Positions 10,856 through 20,448 of a stretch of DNA of 58,673 nt are shown piece by piece; the first letter of the stretch is position 1, and each line of letters begins with the position of its first letter. Origin of the DNA: Minisyncoccota bacterium (lineage in GTDB: Bacteria; Patescibacteriota; Minisyncoccia; Phycocordibacterales; Phycocordibacteraceae); NCBI GenBank assembly GCA_018062445.1, contig JAGOSG010000002.1, positions 1 to 58,673 of the forward strand. Direction: 5' to 3'. The notes under the pieces are model-generated. The model did no database searches, was not told the DNA's origin, and saw nothing but the letters and a program-made list of their open reading frames with translations. Both the position numbers and the translations under genes were made by a program.

Positions 10856-11422
10856 CTAGATAACGAAAAATTCTGAAGCAGGATTCTTGAGCCAGTCTTG
10901 CAAAGAACCTGCGCCACTACTCCGCGCCGATATGAGAGGTGGTTCTTTTATAGGCCAATTAATACCTATAGCAGGGTCATTCCAAACTATTTCACTTATA
11001 CCCTGAGGATCGTATAAATCGCTACACTTATATTGTACTTCGCAATCATCGGTAAGTGTCTGGTAACCACGAGCACAGCCAGCTGGCGCATAGAGTTGTT
11101 TTTTATTTTCCGCACTCGATTCTATACCAACCCATTGTCCTAGCGTTGGAGAATTTTTTCGTATATCAACAGCAACAAGAAAAACCGTACCTCGTGTTGC
11201 ACGCATAATTTTTGCAGTGGGTGGTTGCCACTGAAAGTGTAGCCCTCGAACGGTGTTTCGTTTCGGTGAACGAACATGATTATCTTGCACAAAAACATCG
11301 GCAATCCCTGCTTCCGAAAAAGCATCGTAACGGTACGTTTCCATAAAAAAGCCCCGATCATCTTCTATCACTTTGGGCGTACAGACATACACGTCTTTTA
11401 TCTTTGTTGATTCAATAATCAT
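10856..11422 (-). CDS. rmlC: dTDP-4-dehydrorhamnose 3,5-epimerase
   Basis: DDRGFFMETY, FVQDNH, TVRGLHFQ, VAVDIRKNSPTLGQW. Confidence 0.92.
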   Translation of the reverse strand: MIIESTKIKDVYVCTPKVIEDDRGFFMETYRYDAFSEAGIADVFVQDNHVRSPKRNTVRGLHFQWQPPTAKIMRATRGTVFLVAVDIRKNSPTLGQWVGIESSAENKKQLYAPAGCARGYQTLTDDCEVQYKCSDLYDPQGISEIVWNDPAIGINWPIKEPPLISARSSGAGSLQDWLKNPASEFFVI

Positions 11423-12129
11423 ATTGCTTTGAGACCCGCCATAAAATTACTCGCGGCAAGTAACGAATCAAATGTACCCGCGTCAAACCACTGACCCTCT
11501 ACCATCACGAAACCACAATCGCCCTTCTTTACATATACATCAATAACATCAGTAATCTCAAGCTCACCACGCCCCGATGGCATGAGCGTTTTCACAATCT
11601 GGAACGCCTCTGGAGAGAAGTGATAAAAACCAGTTGCAACAAGAGTGCTCTTGGGTTTTTCTGGTTTTTCTTCAATACCAACAGCGCGATCACCTTCTAT
11701 TTCAACACAACCAGAACGACGCACTGTCGTCTCGTCAGCTTCCTTGAGATACACAGTGCATCCATACTTCGATGGTGTAATACGAAACCCAGGAGTAAAA
11801 ATATTGTCGCCGAGTACAACGCTTACGGATTCACTTCCCGCGAATGATTCACAGAGAGCAAGTGCTCCTGATATACCACTTGCCTCTTCCTGAACCCTAT
11901 AGGTGAGACGTACACCAAATTTAGAACCATCACCAAGAAACTCAATAAAACGGCCAATGTGCGCACTACCGGTGACTACAAGAATATCCTCAATGCCTGC
12001 ATCTTTAAGTGTCTGGAGTGGGTATAGAATCATGGGCCGATCATAGACCGGAAGGAGATGTTTATTCGTGACCTCCGTAAGAGGCGCAAGACGGGTGCCG
12101 TTACCTCCGGCAAGGAGTATTCCTTTCAT
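11419..12129 (-). CDS. rmlA: Glucose-1-phosphate thymidylyltransferase (short form)
   Basis: KGILLAGGNGTRLAPLT, NKHLLPVYDRPMI, PSGRGELEITD, WFDAGTFDSL. Confidence 0.9.
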   Translation of the reverse strand: MKGILLAGGNGTRLAPLTEVTNKHLLPVYDRPMILYPLQTLKDAGIEDILVVTGSAHIGRFIEFLGDGSKFGVRLTYRVQEEASGISGALALCESFAGSESVSVVLGDNIFTPGFRITPSKYGCTVYLKEADETTVRRSGCVEIEGDRAVGIEEKPEKPKSTLVATGFYHFSPEAFQIVKTLMPSGRGELEITDVIDVYVKKGDCGFVMVEGQWFDAGTFDSLLAASNFMAGLKAI

Positions 12130-12186
12130 ATGCATTAGTACACACCTACAGTCTATCTGGTTACCTATAATCTCTCAAGGAATGCC

Positions 12187-13149
12187 CTATGCCTTAGGTT
12201 CCTGAGGAACTAAATACTGACGAATACCTTCTTCAAACGAATATAAAGGCTCCCATCCAAGCTCACGTATGCGACCCGAATCCATCTCATAGCGCATATC
12301 AATACCGGGGCGATGCGAGGTTGTCGTGGGGACTTTCTTTCCTGTCACCTCTTCCGTCTTTTGTATTAGGTTCTTTACTGTATACCCAGCGTTATTCGTT
12401 ATGTTATAGACACCAGTGCCCTTTGCGAGAATGAGATCAATAGCCGGTGGGATGTTAGCGACATATATATATTCACGATAACTCTCTCCAGTATCAAATA
12501 CGGGAACAGGGGTACCTGTCTCGAGCGCACGTTTTATAATTGGCATGATTTTACGGGTATCCTGACGTGGGCCAAAAACATTACAAAATCGGGTTTCGGT
12601 AGTTCTGCCTTTCAAACTCGCATATGTATTGTCATACGTAATACGCATCAGTGAACCGATAGCTTTGGAGCAAGAATATGGATTTCTAGGAGCAAGCATC
12701 TCATCTTCATGCATTTTGTGATCACACTCACCGTACACTTCATCAGTCGAAACATAGATAAACTTTTTGAGATCCGGTAGTGCACGACACGCCTCGAACG
12801 CATGAATGGTGCCGAGATTGTTCTTACTCAAAGTACGCATTGGCTCTCTCACTGAGTAATCAACATCGGTTATGGCCGCAGCGTGAATGACATAGTCTGG
12901 CTTCTCCTTAATGATAGTCTCCATTGCCTCCTTCTCAGCCATGTGAATGTTGTAATGCACAAACGAACCATCAATTATTTCTGGGTGTGACCCTTCAGAG
13001 AGGTTATCAATAACCACTACATTCCAACCCTTAGCCACAAAATATTCTGTTACATGGGAAAAAATAAAGCCTAATCCTCCGGTAATGAGAATTTTCGGCA
13101 TCCCTTCTTTATAGACTGGTTTTGGTCTCAAAAAATTCAAGAAATTCAT
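12187..13149 (-). CDS. NAD-dependent epimerase/dehydratase, dTDP-glucose 4,6-dehydratase-like
   Basis: ILITGGLGFIFS, VSTDEVYG, PRNPYSCSK, RFCNVFGPRQ, RPGIDMRY. Confidence 0.8.
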   Translation of the reverse strand: MNFLNFLRPKPVYKEGMPKILITGGLGFIFSHVTEYFVAKGWNVVVIDNLSEGSHPEIIDGSFVHYNIHMAEKEAMETIIKEKPDYVIHAAAITDVDYSVREPMRTLSKNNLGTIHAFEACRALPDLKKFIYVSTDEVYGECDHKMHEDEMLAPRNPYSCSKAIGSLMRITYDNTYASLKGRTTETRFCNVFGPRQDTRKIMPIIKRALETGTPVPVFDTGESYREYIYVANIPPAIDLILAKGTGVYNITNNAGYTVKNLIQKTEEVTGKKVPTTTSHRPGIDMRYEMDSGRIRELGWEPLYSFEEGIRQYLVPQEPKA

Positions 13150-14225
13150 ATTTTGTTTGTGTATGTTCGAAGCATAGCAGAAAGATGTTTTGAGAACGAG
13201 TCAAAGCGGAGATACTCACGATATGCCTTCCGTGCTTCTCGTTGCATTTCCTCAAAACGCTGAGGTGTAAGCGACGAATGAAAATCTACCAATATATCCC
13301 CTATCCTGTCCGTATCCCTCCAATCAACGAAGACACAAAAGTCTCGGTAATTAATTGTATCTTCGAGTGGGAGTACACACGCAGTATCCAAGAAAAGTGG
13401 AATGCGTCCCAAGGATAGCGCCTCGTAAAAACGGACGGATGCATTCGCGTCTCCCCTAACACAGAGCGCATAATCTGAACCTAGAAGATTTTCAACAAAC
13501 TCGCGTCTGTTGTCCGCGACGGACCCTTGAATGGTCGCCACATGACCGGAGTACGAAGACCGTGCGGTGAAGCGTGCTTCCAAGAACTTGTTCTTTTGAA
13601 GCGCCTTAAGTGCGCGCTCACGGAACAACACACCCTTATGCTCTGCTCCCCGTTTTTCGTCTATAAGTGCCGCAGAGGTTACTGGCAACTCCTTCACGTA
13701 TGTCTTAAACCGCCTCTCTAAAGACATTCCCGCCCATCCAGTGAAACCCACCGAAGGACGCTCTGGTTTCTTTCTTATTTGGAGTTCCCCACCTCTGTAT
13801 GTTTCTAAGAGATCCTCGGCTGGAAATGGGATTGTAATTTCATTAGGTTTTTTTGAATATTGATACTGACTGACACGAAAAATAACAGAGTTTGGAATAT
13901 CAATGTTGTACTCCAAATCCCCCGCACCATCCACGAGAATGGGTTTTTGCGCGTTCGTCGCCTCACTTACAATCATCTGCACTTTTGCAGGGTTAATGAC
14001 TTTGAAGCGCTCGTATGAATACGGAATAACCACAAAATCTGCATCTTCAATTTTTTCAACAAGTACAAAATCATCTTTTGAATACTGGTATTGCAACGCA
14101 GCAGCTTTCATATACGGCATTGTGTCTTTTGCGGTAACGCCCCAGAACGGAAACATGAGTTCCGTGTGCATAGAAATTTTTGGCTCACGATACGTATCGG
14201 GAGCATAGAGTTTTATTGGTTCCAT
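13146..14225 (-). CDS. Exostosin-like glycosyltransferase (GT47)
   Basis: SDYALCVRGDANASVRFYEALSLGRIPL...LPLEDTINY matches the exostosin C-terminal signature. Confidence 0.75.
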   Translation of the reverse strand: MEPIKLYAPDTYREPKISMHTELMFPFWGVTAKDTMPYMKAAALQYQYSKDDFVLVEKIEDADFVVIPYSYERFKVINPAKVQMIVSEATNAQKPILVDGAGDLEYNIDIPNSVIFRVSQYQYSKKPNEITIPFPAEDLLETYRGGELQIRKKPERPSVGFTGWAGMSLERRFKTYVKELPVTSAALIDEKRGAEHKGVLFRERALKALQKNKFLEARFTARSSYSGHVATIQGSVADNRREFVENLLGSDYALCVRGDANASVRFYEALSLGRIPLFLDTACVLPLEDTINYRDFCVFVDWRDTDRIGDILVDFHSSLTPQRFEEMQREARKAYREYLRFDSFSKHLSAMLRTYTNKI

Positions 14226-14229
14226 GAGA

Positions 14230-14853
14230 TTATTTTCGTGCTTCAAAATAATACCCGAGCGGCATTTGTTTTTGAGAAAGCAAGTTATCTGGTTTAAGAA
14301 ACTTAATGAATCCATCAAGGCTTCGACAGAGCGCTATGAGAGGCGTCGCCAGCCAATTCCAGCGAACAAATCCTAAGAGACAGTGGTAGATGACACTAAA
14401 AGCTCCAGTGCCTAGTTCCCTCACTTCTATATGAGTAAAACCATTTTCGGTAAAAAGTCTTTCCAATGTACTTCGAGTGTAACGAAAATAATCATTAGGA
14501 GAGCCGTGCACATTGAACATAAAAGGCACAACACCCACAACAACGCCTCCCGACTTTAAAACACGAGATGCTTCACGTACTGCATTTTCATACTTATACA
14601 AGTGCTCAAGGAGATTTATAAACAGCACACCGTCAAACGATGCGTTTTCAAAGGGCCACGCGTCTTCAGCATTGAAAATGACATCGGTTCCGTACGATTC
14701 ATTTATGTTTCCGGTCGTGATTGTGTGACTACCTTGTATAAGCTCGTGATACCCAGATTTCTTTGACCCACCCACATCCAGAATTGCACCATCTATAGAA
14801 AGCTTCGAAAGTGCTTTATATTCTTCACGACGCAGAAATGATTTTGTTGCCAT
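14230..14853 (-). CDS. Class I SAM-dependent methyltransferase (type 11)
   Basis: ILDVGG, WPFENASFDGV, NLLEHL, HGSPNDYFRYT. Confidence 0.8.
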   Translation of the reverse strand: MATKSFLRREEYKALSKLSIDGAILDVGGSKKSGYHELIQGSHTITTGNINESYGTDVIFNAEDAWPFENASFDGVLFINLLEHLYKYENAVREASRVLKSGGVVVGVVPFMFNVHGSPNDYFRYTRSTLERLFTENGFTHIEVRELGTGAFSVIYHCLLGFVRWNWLATPLIALCRSLDGFIKFLKPDNLLSQKQMPLGYYFEARK

Positions 14854-14863
14854 GAATCTTTAA

Positions 14864-15886
14864 TTATAAGGCTTTGATGAGCATCTCCGAAAGAGCCTTA
14901 AGGCTCTGGGCTTTTTGAACTACTTCTATTCCTTTTTGTTGAAGTGCCTCAAATTCGGCATCACTAATACCCATCATACGCCCCACTCCATCAGCAAGGG
15001 CCTGCGGGTCATTCTCGGAAACAATCCACTCTTCTGGAACAAGATTCGCAAATGCCTTACTTGAAATAACGACAGGAGTACCGCACGCCATCGACTCGAG
15101 AACTGACTTGTCGAAGTGTCCTGACGTCGCAAGATTTATTGACACACCGGCACCTGAATACAGTAGTGGGGTTTCATGATTTGGCACCGAACCTTTAAAA
15201 AGGACAGCACCACTTTCAACTAAGTCGGCATATTCTTTTCGCAAACTTGCACCGTACACAGGATCTTCGGGACCAACCAACATAAGCGTTACATCAGGAA
15301 TATTTTTACGAAGAATGCGTAGAGCTTGAAGTGCAATGGCGACCCTCTTAGAAGGCATGATGCGTCCCTGCATATACATGAGGTGACGGTTGCGCGTTAC
15401 CGCTTGAGGTTTAAAAACATCGACGTCAATTCCTGCAGGCATACACTTCGCTTTTCGAAGATGTGCGGGAGCAGCATATGCTGATGTATGAAAAATAATA
15501 TCCGAAAATACCGAAGCAATGGCAAGTCGCACACCTGCATGCGGGTGGTTATACCAAAGCCGTATAGGCTTATGCCAAAGTTTCCAGAAACATCCCGCAA
15601 GTACAACATATTCAGGATTCATATGCACAAGCACTTTTTCGTACTCTTTCCGTAGCATCCACACGAGATACAAAAAACGAATCGAATACAAAACTGCATT
15701 GCCTCCACCTTGCTCTTTACCAATCGAATGGACACGAACATTTGACGGAAGCTCATGCTTCCCCTCTTTCAAACAAATCACTTCTATACTCTCTACATGC
15801 TTTGCAAACTCTTCAATCCAACGATGAAAAAATCCCAAAATAGGGTCATCTTTATCAACGATTTGTGTGACAAGTAGGAGCTTCAC
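14864..15886 (-). CDS. Glycosyltransferase family 4 (GTG start)
   Basis: GRIMPSKRV, GHFDKSVLESMACGTPVV. Confidence 0.9.
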   Translation of the reverse strand: MKLLLVTQIVDKDDPILGFFHRWIEEFAKHVESIEVICLKEGKHELPSNVRVHSIGKEQGGGNAVLYSIRFLYLVWMLRKEYEKVLVHMNPEYVVLAGCFWKLWHKPIRLWYNHPHAGVRLAIASVFSDIIFHTSAYAAPAHLRKAKCMPAGIDVDVFKPQAVTRNRHLMYMQGRIMPSKRVAIALQALRILRKNIPDVTLMLVGPEDPVYGASLRKEYADLVESGAVLFKGSVPNHETPLLYSGAGVSINLATSGHFDKSVLESMACGTPVVISSKAFANLVPEEWIVSENDPQALADGVGRMMGISDAEFEALQQKGIEVVQKAQSLKALSEMLIKAL

Positions 15887-16404
15887 GGAAGTTCATCGAA
15901 AGAGCGAATAACTGTATGCGTGCCTGCTCCAGATTTTCCATCACGACGCATTTCATAAAGCTGAATTGTAGGACAATGTAGAGCCACTGAATCAAGTTCG
16001 CTAATTTTATCGTCAATGAAAATCAGCGGTTCTTGATAGGAAGTAATCATGCGAGCAATGAATGTACCCTTTCTTTCATCACCATTATAAAAAATCGGCA
16101 ACGACGGGTCAGAATGAAATGCACTCTCTAATTTTGCCTTTTGAAGTTCAACATTTCCTGCAGTAACTACGATACAATTGCCGTGATTCTTTCTTAAAAA
16201 ATCGTTAGCGTCTCCATACATAAAACGATCCAATTCTCCTGGAGCAAAGCCTAGTAGTCCCTGCGCTGTGAGCAAATTTAACTCAGTCGCCATTTCAACT
16301 TCAGAGAGAGAAAGGAGTCGACTCAAATTGTCTCGCTCTAAGATGTAGGCCAAAAAAGCTGAAGTATCAAAAAGTGTTCTATCGAAATCTAAAAAGTACG
16401 TCAT
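15883..16404 (-). CDS. HAD-superfamily hydrolase-like protein
   Basis: N-terminal FLDFDRTLFD (DxDxT), VVTAG, FIDDK motifs. Confidence 0.7.
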   Translation of the reverse strand: MTYFLDFDRTLFDTSAFLAYILERDNLSRLLSLSEVEMATELNLLTAQGLLGFAPGELDRFMYGDANDFLRKNHGNCIVVTAGNVELQKAKLESAFHSDPSLPIFYNGDERKGTFIARMITSYQEPLIFIDDKISELDSVALHCPTIQLYEMRRDGKSGAGTHTVIRSFDELP

Positions 16405-17504
16405 AGAAATGATTGAATGATATCGGCTATTTTTTTCGGATCGTGACGAATGAGGCTCCGCTCAATCGCATCGCCTTCAATTTTATGGAGTGGCACCACA
16501 TCAGCAAAGGTACCGCGGACTACACGCGGATCGTTCCCCAGATCATCGACCACAGGGAATGCTTTTTTGTTTTTGTAGTACTCCAAAATGTCAGTGGGAA
16601 TAGTGCCGACATGCATAATAATATGATCCGGCTTTCTGCCTGCGTACGCTTCAATCTCTGCAACATGCTTTGATGCACTGTATCCACCCGTTTCAGAAGC
16701 AGTACTAAAAATATTTACAAAATAAATAAGGCACGCATGTGATTGTCGAACAGCCTCTTTAAGTCCCGGCACAGCAAAGTTTGCTAACGTCGACGTATAA
16801 AGATCCCCAGGGCCTAAAATAATAAAATCAGCTGAGTCCACGGCAAGCTCCGCCTGATCAGCGAGCGAAATTTTCTCCGAGACACTCAGTCCTACAATCG
16901 CCGGTCCATCTGCAGGGCGAGCATTAATAGCATGCTGACCAACAATTTTTTCACCATTCTCAAGCTCTGCGACTAAGGTGGCTGGGAAATCAGAAACTGG
17001 CACCACATACCCACGCACACGAAGGATTTCTGAAACAGCACGAATGGCTGCACCGTCAGAACCAAGTTTGTCAGTGAGTGCGGTCAGTAGAAGATTACCA
17101 AGATTGTGTCCAGCTATGTCCCCTTTTGAAAATCGATACGTAAAAATATCTCGAAGCATCGTTCCATCTTTTGCAAGAGCAACGAGCGCCTGCCTAGCAT
17201 CTCCTAATGGAAGAAAGCCATACGAGTCACGCAAACGGCCAGTTGAACCTCCGTCGTCCGCTACAGAAACTATCGCGGAAAGAGAAACGCCAGGCAACGA
17301 CTTCAAAGCAGACAGAACAACGAATGTTCCCGTACCTCCACCGATAGTAACGATACGTTTAGCATTCGTGACAAATCTATGACCAGAAACAATGGCATTA
17401 CGTACTGCATGGACACGACTTTCCCGAGTACGTGAAGGGCCAAAAATAGCACGGAAGTGCGTTCCGATACGACGAGGAATGTTGATGTGGGGCTTCTTGC
17501 TCAT
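16401..17504 (-). CDS. YvcK/GlmR (CofD-like) family protein, paralogue 2
   Basis: IVTIGGGTGT, ADDGGSTGRLR, GHNLGNL, ILGPGDLYTS. Confidence 0.88.
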   Translation of the reverse strand: MSKKPHINIPRRIGTHFRAIFGPSRTRESRVHAVRNAIVSGHRFVTNAKRIVTIGGGTGTFVVLSALKSLPGVSLSAIVSVADDGGSTGRLRDSYGFLPLGDARQALVALAKDGTMLRDIFTYRFSKGDIAGHNLGNLLLTALTDKLGSDGAAIRAVSEILRVRGYVVPVSDFPATLVAELENGEKIVGQHAINARPADGPAIVGLSVSEKISLADQAELAVDSADFIILGPGDLYTSTLANFAVPGLKEAVRQSHACLIYFVNIFSTASETGGYSASKHVAEIEAYAGRKPDHIIMHVGTIPTDILEYYKNKKAFPVVDDLGNDPRVVRGTFADVVPLHKIEGDAIERSLIRHDPKKIADIIQSFL

Positions 17505-18481
17505 AGTAGTTCACGAATAGCTGTAGCAATCTTCATTGAATCATGGCGAATAAAACTTCTTGGTACGGTGTCACCTGCAACCTTCGGAGCCACAACCACA
17601 TCAGCAAATGACCCACGGATAACCGATGTGTCATGTGGTAAATCATCAACAATAGGAAGCTCATTCTCTTTCTTATAGAGCTCTAAAACATCATCTGGAA
17701 ATGTACCGACATTCATAATAATTGTATCGGGCCGCCTTCCTACATAGCGCGTTATCTCTTCAATATGATGCGACGCACTGTAACCATCTGTCTGTCCTGC
17801 TTTCGTAAATAGATTCACTATGTATACAAGATGAGCACGTGCTCCAGCAACTGCTTCGGCAAGTCCAGTAACGGTGAAGTTGGCGAGAGTCGAGGTGTAC
17901 AAATCTCCAGGACCCAAAACGAGCACATCAGCTTTAGTAACGGCATCGAGTGCATCCGCTGAAACCGCTACAGGTTCTTTTGTTTCAAGTGAAGCTATTG
18001 GTGATCGCCCTCGGGTGCGCTCATCAATGAGGTGCTCACCGACAATTGTTTCTCCATTTTCAAGGTGTGCAACGAGAGTTGCAGGTCGATCTGAAACCGG
18101 TACTACTTGCCCTTCGACACGAAGAATTTTTGATGCAGCCTCTATTGCAGCTGCATCTGAGCCAAGAATATCGGTGAGTGCAATAAGAAAAAGATTTCCA
18201 AAGTTATGCCCATTGATGTCCCCTTTCGGAAATCGGTAATTAAATAAAGAGCGCATGAGCGGAGCACCCGTATCGTCAGCGAGAGCAATCAACGCTTGCC
18301 TGGCATCTCCCAACGGAAGAAAGCCGTATCCATCCCGAAGACGGCCAGTAGAACCTCCATCATCAGCGACTGAAACGACTGCTTTCAATGAGACCCCCTC
18401 GACATGCTTCAAACCTGACAAAACAACGAAGGTGCCCGTGCCTCCACCAATAGTCACAATATTCTTTTGAGATTCTCCCAT
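17501..18481 (-). CDS. YvcK/GlmR (CofD-like) family protein, paralogue 1
   Basis: IVTIGGGTGT, ADDGGSTGRLR, GHNFGNL, VLGPGDLYTS, RHD. Confidence 0.88.
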   Translation of the reverse strand: MGESQKNIVTIGGGTGTFVVLSGLKHVEGVSLKAVVSVADDGGSTGRLRDGYGFLPLGDARQALIALADDTGAPLMRSLFNYRFPKGDINGHNFGNLFLIALTDILGSDAAAIEAASKILRVEGQVVPVSDRPATLVAHLENGETIVGEHLIDERTRGRSPIASLETKEPVAVSADALDAVTKADVLVLGPGDLYTSTLANFTVTGLAEAVAGARAHLVYIVNLFTKAGQTDGYSASHHIEEITRYVGRRPDTIIMNVGTFPDDVLELYKKENELPIVDDLPHDTSVIRGSFADVVVAPKVAGDTVPRSFIRHDSMKIATAIRELL

Positions 18482-18493
18482 GGTGAAATACTT

Positions 18494-19327
18494 CTACTGT
18501 GGTCCGTGCACGCCCTCCAAAAGATCTGGGTCTTTCCCCGTGCTCTTGAGAAGTTGAATATTTTTTTCTTGAAGACTCTTTAACGCCTGTGTCCCGATAC
18601 TGTCATTGACATGTAACGAATAAAAATCATTGAACGCAGAAAGATCCTTTATAAGACAGTACCCGCCGGCTCCACGGCCACCTTCAAAATTCACTGTGAG
18701 GTGCGTTTTGCCAATACGCGGATCAGCACCAAAAGCATCTTTTACTTTTTCATAGTCAGCTCCAATGGTATTCGATAAATCAAAAAGCATGTTTGCAAAC
18801 ACTACCTTCATTGCCAAAAAAACATTCCCGGCATACTTCACAAGCTCACTCTCTTTTGATGCAACGATCGTTTGAAATGGTGCCTTAGGAAATGTAGCCA
18901 AAACAGCTTCCGCTGCTGCTCGATGTTCAGGAGTATATTTTGGTATACCAACAATGTTCCGGTCAGGATTCTGAACATCTGCGTCAGCTGAGCGTGCACG
19001 CAAAAATTCTGGAGAATGGAGTATGACTCTGTCAGGGTACATTTCTTGAATCTTCTCAGTCGTACCGGGCAGAAGAGTAGACTTAATGACTGCAATTTTT
19101 CCTGCCCCAACAAGATCTATAACCCCTTCAACGATAGACGAATCAAAACCTTCAGGGGTGGTTGGTGTGGGCACTGCAATAATGACGATGTCGCAGCCCG
19201 CAATCGCATCTTTGTTCGCAATATATGCAGGTTCTTTTGAATACCGCACTACGGAAAAGCCTCGGCGCTCATAATCGTCAGCATACGCTTTCCCAATGAA
19301 TCCTTGTCCGATAAAACCAATTTGCAT
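18494..19327 (-). CDS. UDP-glucose/GDP-mannose dehydrogenase family protein lacking the C-terminal domain
   Basis: IGFIGQGFIG, AVPTP, KST, HSPEFLR, ELVKYAGN, GGYCLIKD; 277 aa. Confidence 0.8.
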   Translation of the reverse strand: MQIGFIGQGFIGKAYADDYERRGFSVVRYSKEPAYIANKDAIAGCDIVIIAVPTPTTPEGFDSSIVEGVIDLVGAGKIAVIKSTLLPGTTEKIQEMYPDRVILHSPEFLRARSADADVQNPDRNIVGIPKYTPEHRAAAEAVLATFPKAPFQTIVASKESELVKYAGNVFLAMKVVFANMLFDLSNTIGADYEKVKDAFGADPRIGKTHLTVNFEGGRGAGGYCLIKDLSAFNDFYSLHVNDSIGTQALKSLQEKNIQLLKSTGKDPDLLEGVHGPQ

Positions 19328-19367
19328 AGGGTGAATAGTACTAAAATAAACGCCTTTAGGCGATACT

Positions 19368-20447
19368 TTATATAGAACACCTCGAGAGTGCCTTTTGGTA
19401 ACAGAGGAGATACTCTTCCATAGACATACTGTGCTCCTTGGCAGACTTGAGTGCATTGGTAGCTAAAAGCACGCGAAGCTCTTTGTCTGCAATAAAACGC
19501 TTCATAGCGTCCGCAATTGCCGAGCTAATTCCCGAAACTACTAGGGCTTCCTTTTTATCCTCGAGCACTTCACCAACAATCCCAACATCAGTGGTTATGA
19601 TTGCAAGACCCGAGAGCCCTGCTTCTATAAGAGATACTCCGTACCCTTCAAATCGAGACGCCTGAACAAACACATCTGCAGTTTTATAGTATGGCGCTGG
19701 ATCTTGCCAACCAACAAAATGCACTCTGTCCCCTAACCCTAAACGCTTTACCCTAAACTCCAAACTCTTCTTCAGTGGTCCATCGCCCACAATGGTAAGT
19801 TCAGCCTCAGGGGTAAGAGCTATCGCATCAATAATTAAATGAACTCGTTTTTCGCTCGTCAGTCTAGAAACTGATAGAAATTTTAAATTTCGTGGAGACT
19901 CTACCTCTACCCTCTTACCTCCTCCGTCGTATTCAGTATGAATAGGCAACACTGTCACCGGAACATTAGTAATTTTGCGCACGCTTTTGGCAACACGCTC
20001 TGAAACAACACGGATGCAGGTAGCGCGACCTAAAATAAAAATAGCAAGTAATGCCTCAATAACACGGCGAGGTGATTCTGTAAGAAAACCGAAAGAAAAA
20101 CAATCCGTGTGCAGTTGCACTTGAAGCGGAATGTGACGCGCCTTTGCAATACCGTACCCCAGCATGCCGATGAAAAAAGGATCTTGTGCTGACACAATGT
20201 CATATGTCTTCTCTTTAGTGAGCGCACGAAGAGCACGACGTGTATTTAAAAAACTAGTAAATTTATTTGCCCCTCCTGAAGTTATTGCCTTAACGCTTGG
20301 CGCAAGCATGATCTCTTTTGGTGCTCCAACGCCCACCACAACAATCAATAGTTCGTCAACAATACTGCCGTAAAGAGCCATGCGATTTGCTACGCGTGAA
20401 TCTGCATCAAAAATCTTTACATCACTTGAAAGCATCAACAGGCGCAT
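19368..20447 (-). CDS. Glycosyltransferase family 4
   Basis: VSRLTSEKRV, SRFEGYGVSLIEAG. Confidence 0.9.
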   Translation of the reverse strand: MRLLMLSSDVKIFDADSRVANRMALYGSIVDELLIVVVGVGAPKEIMLAPSVKAITSGGANKFTSFLNTRRALRALTKEKTYDIVSAQDPFFIGMLGYGIAKARHIPLQVQLHTDCFSFGFLTESPRRVIEALLAIFILGRATCIRVVSERVAKSVRKITNVPVTVLPIHTEYDGGGKRVEVESPRNLKFLSVSRLTSEKRVHLIIDAIALTPEAELTIVGDGPLKKSLEFRVKRLGLGDRVHFVGWQDPAPYYKTADVFVQASRFEGYGVSLIEAGLSGLAIITTDVGIVGEVLEDKKEALVVSGISSAIADAMKRFIADKELRVLLATNALKSAKEHSMSMEEYLLCYQKALSRCSI

Positions 20448-20448
20448 A

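Noticed and set aside
18862-18871. aacgatcgtt matching the centre of the PaaX-associated palindromes
   Set aside because: Only 10 bp, inside a CDS, with no flanking arms; likely chance.
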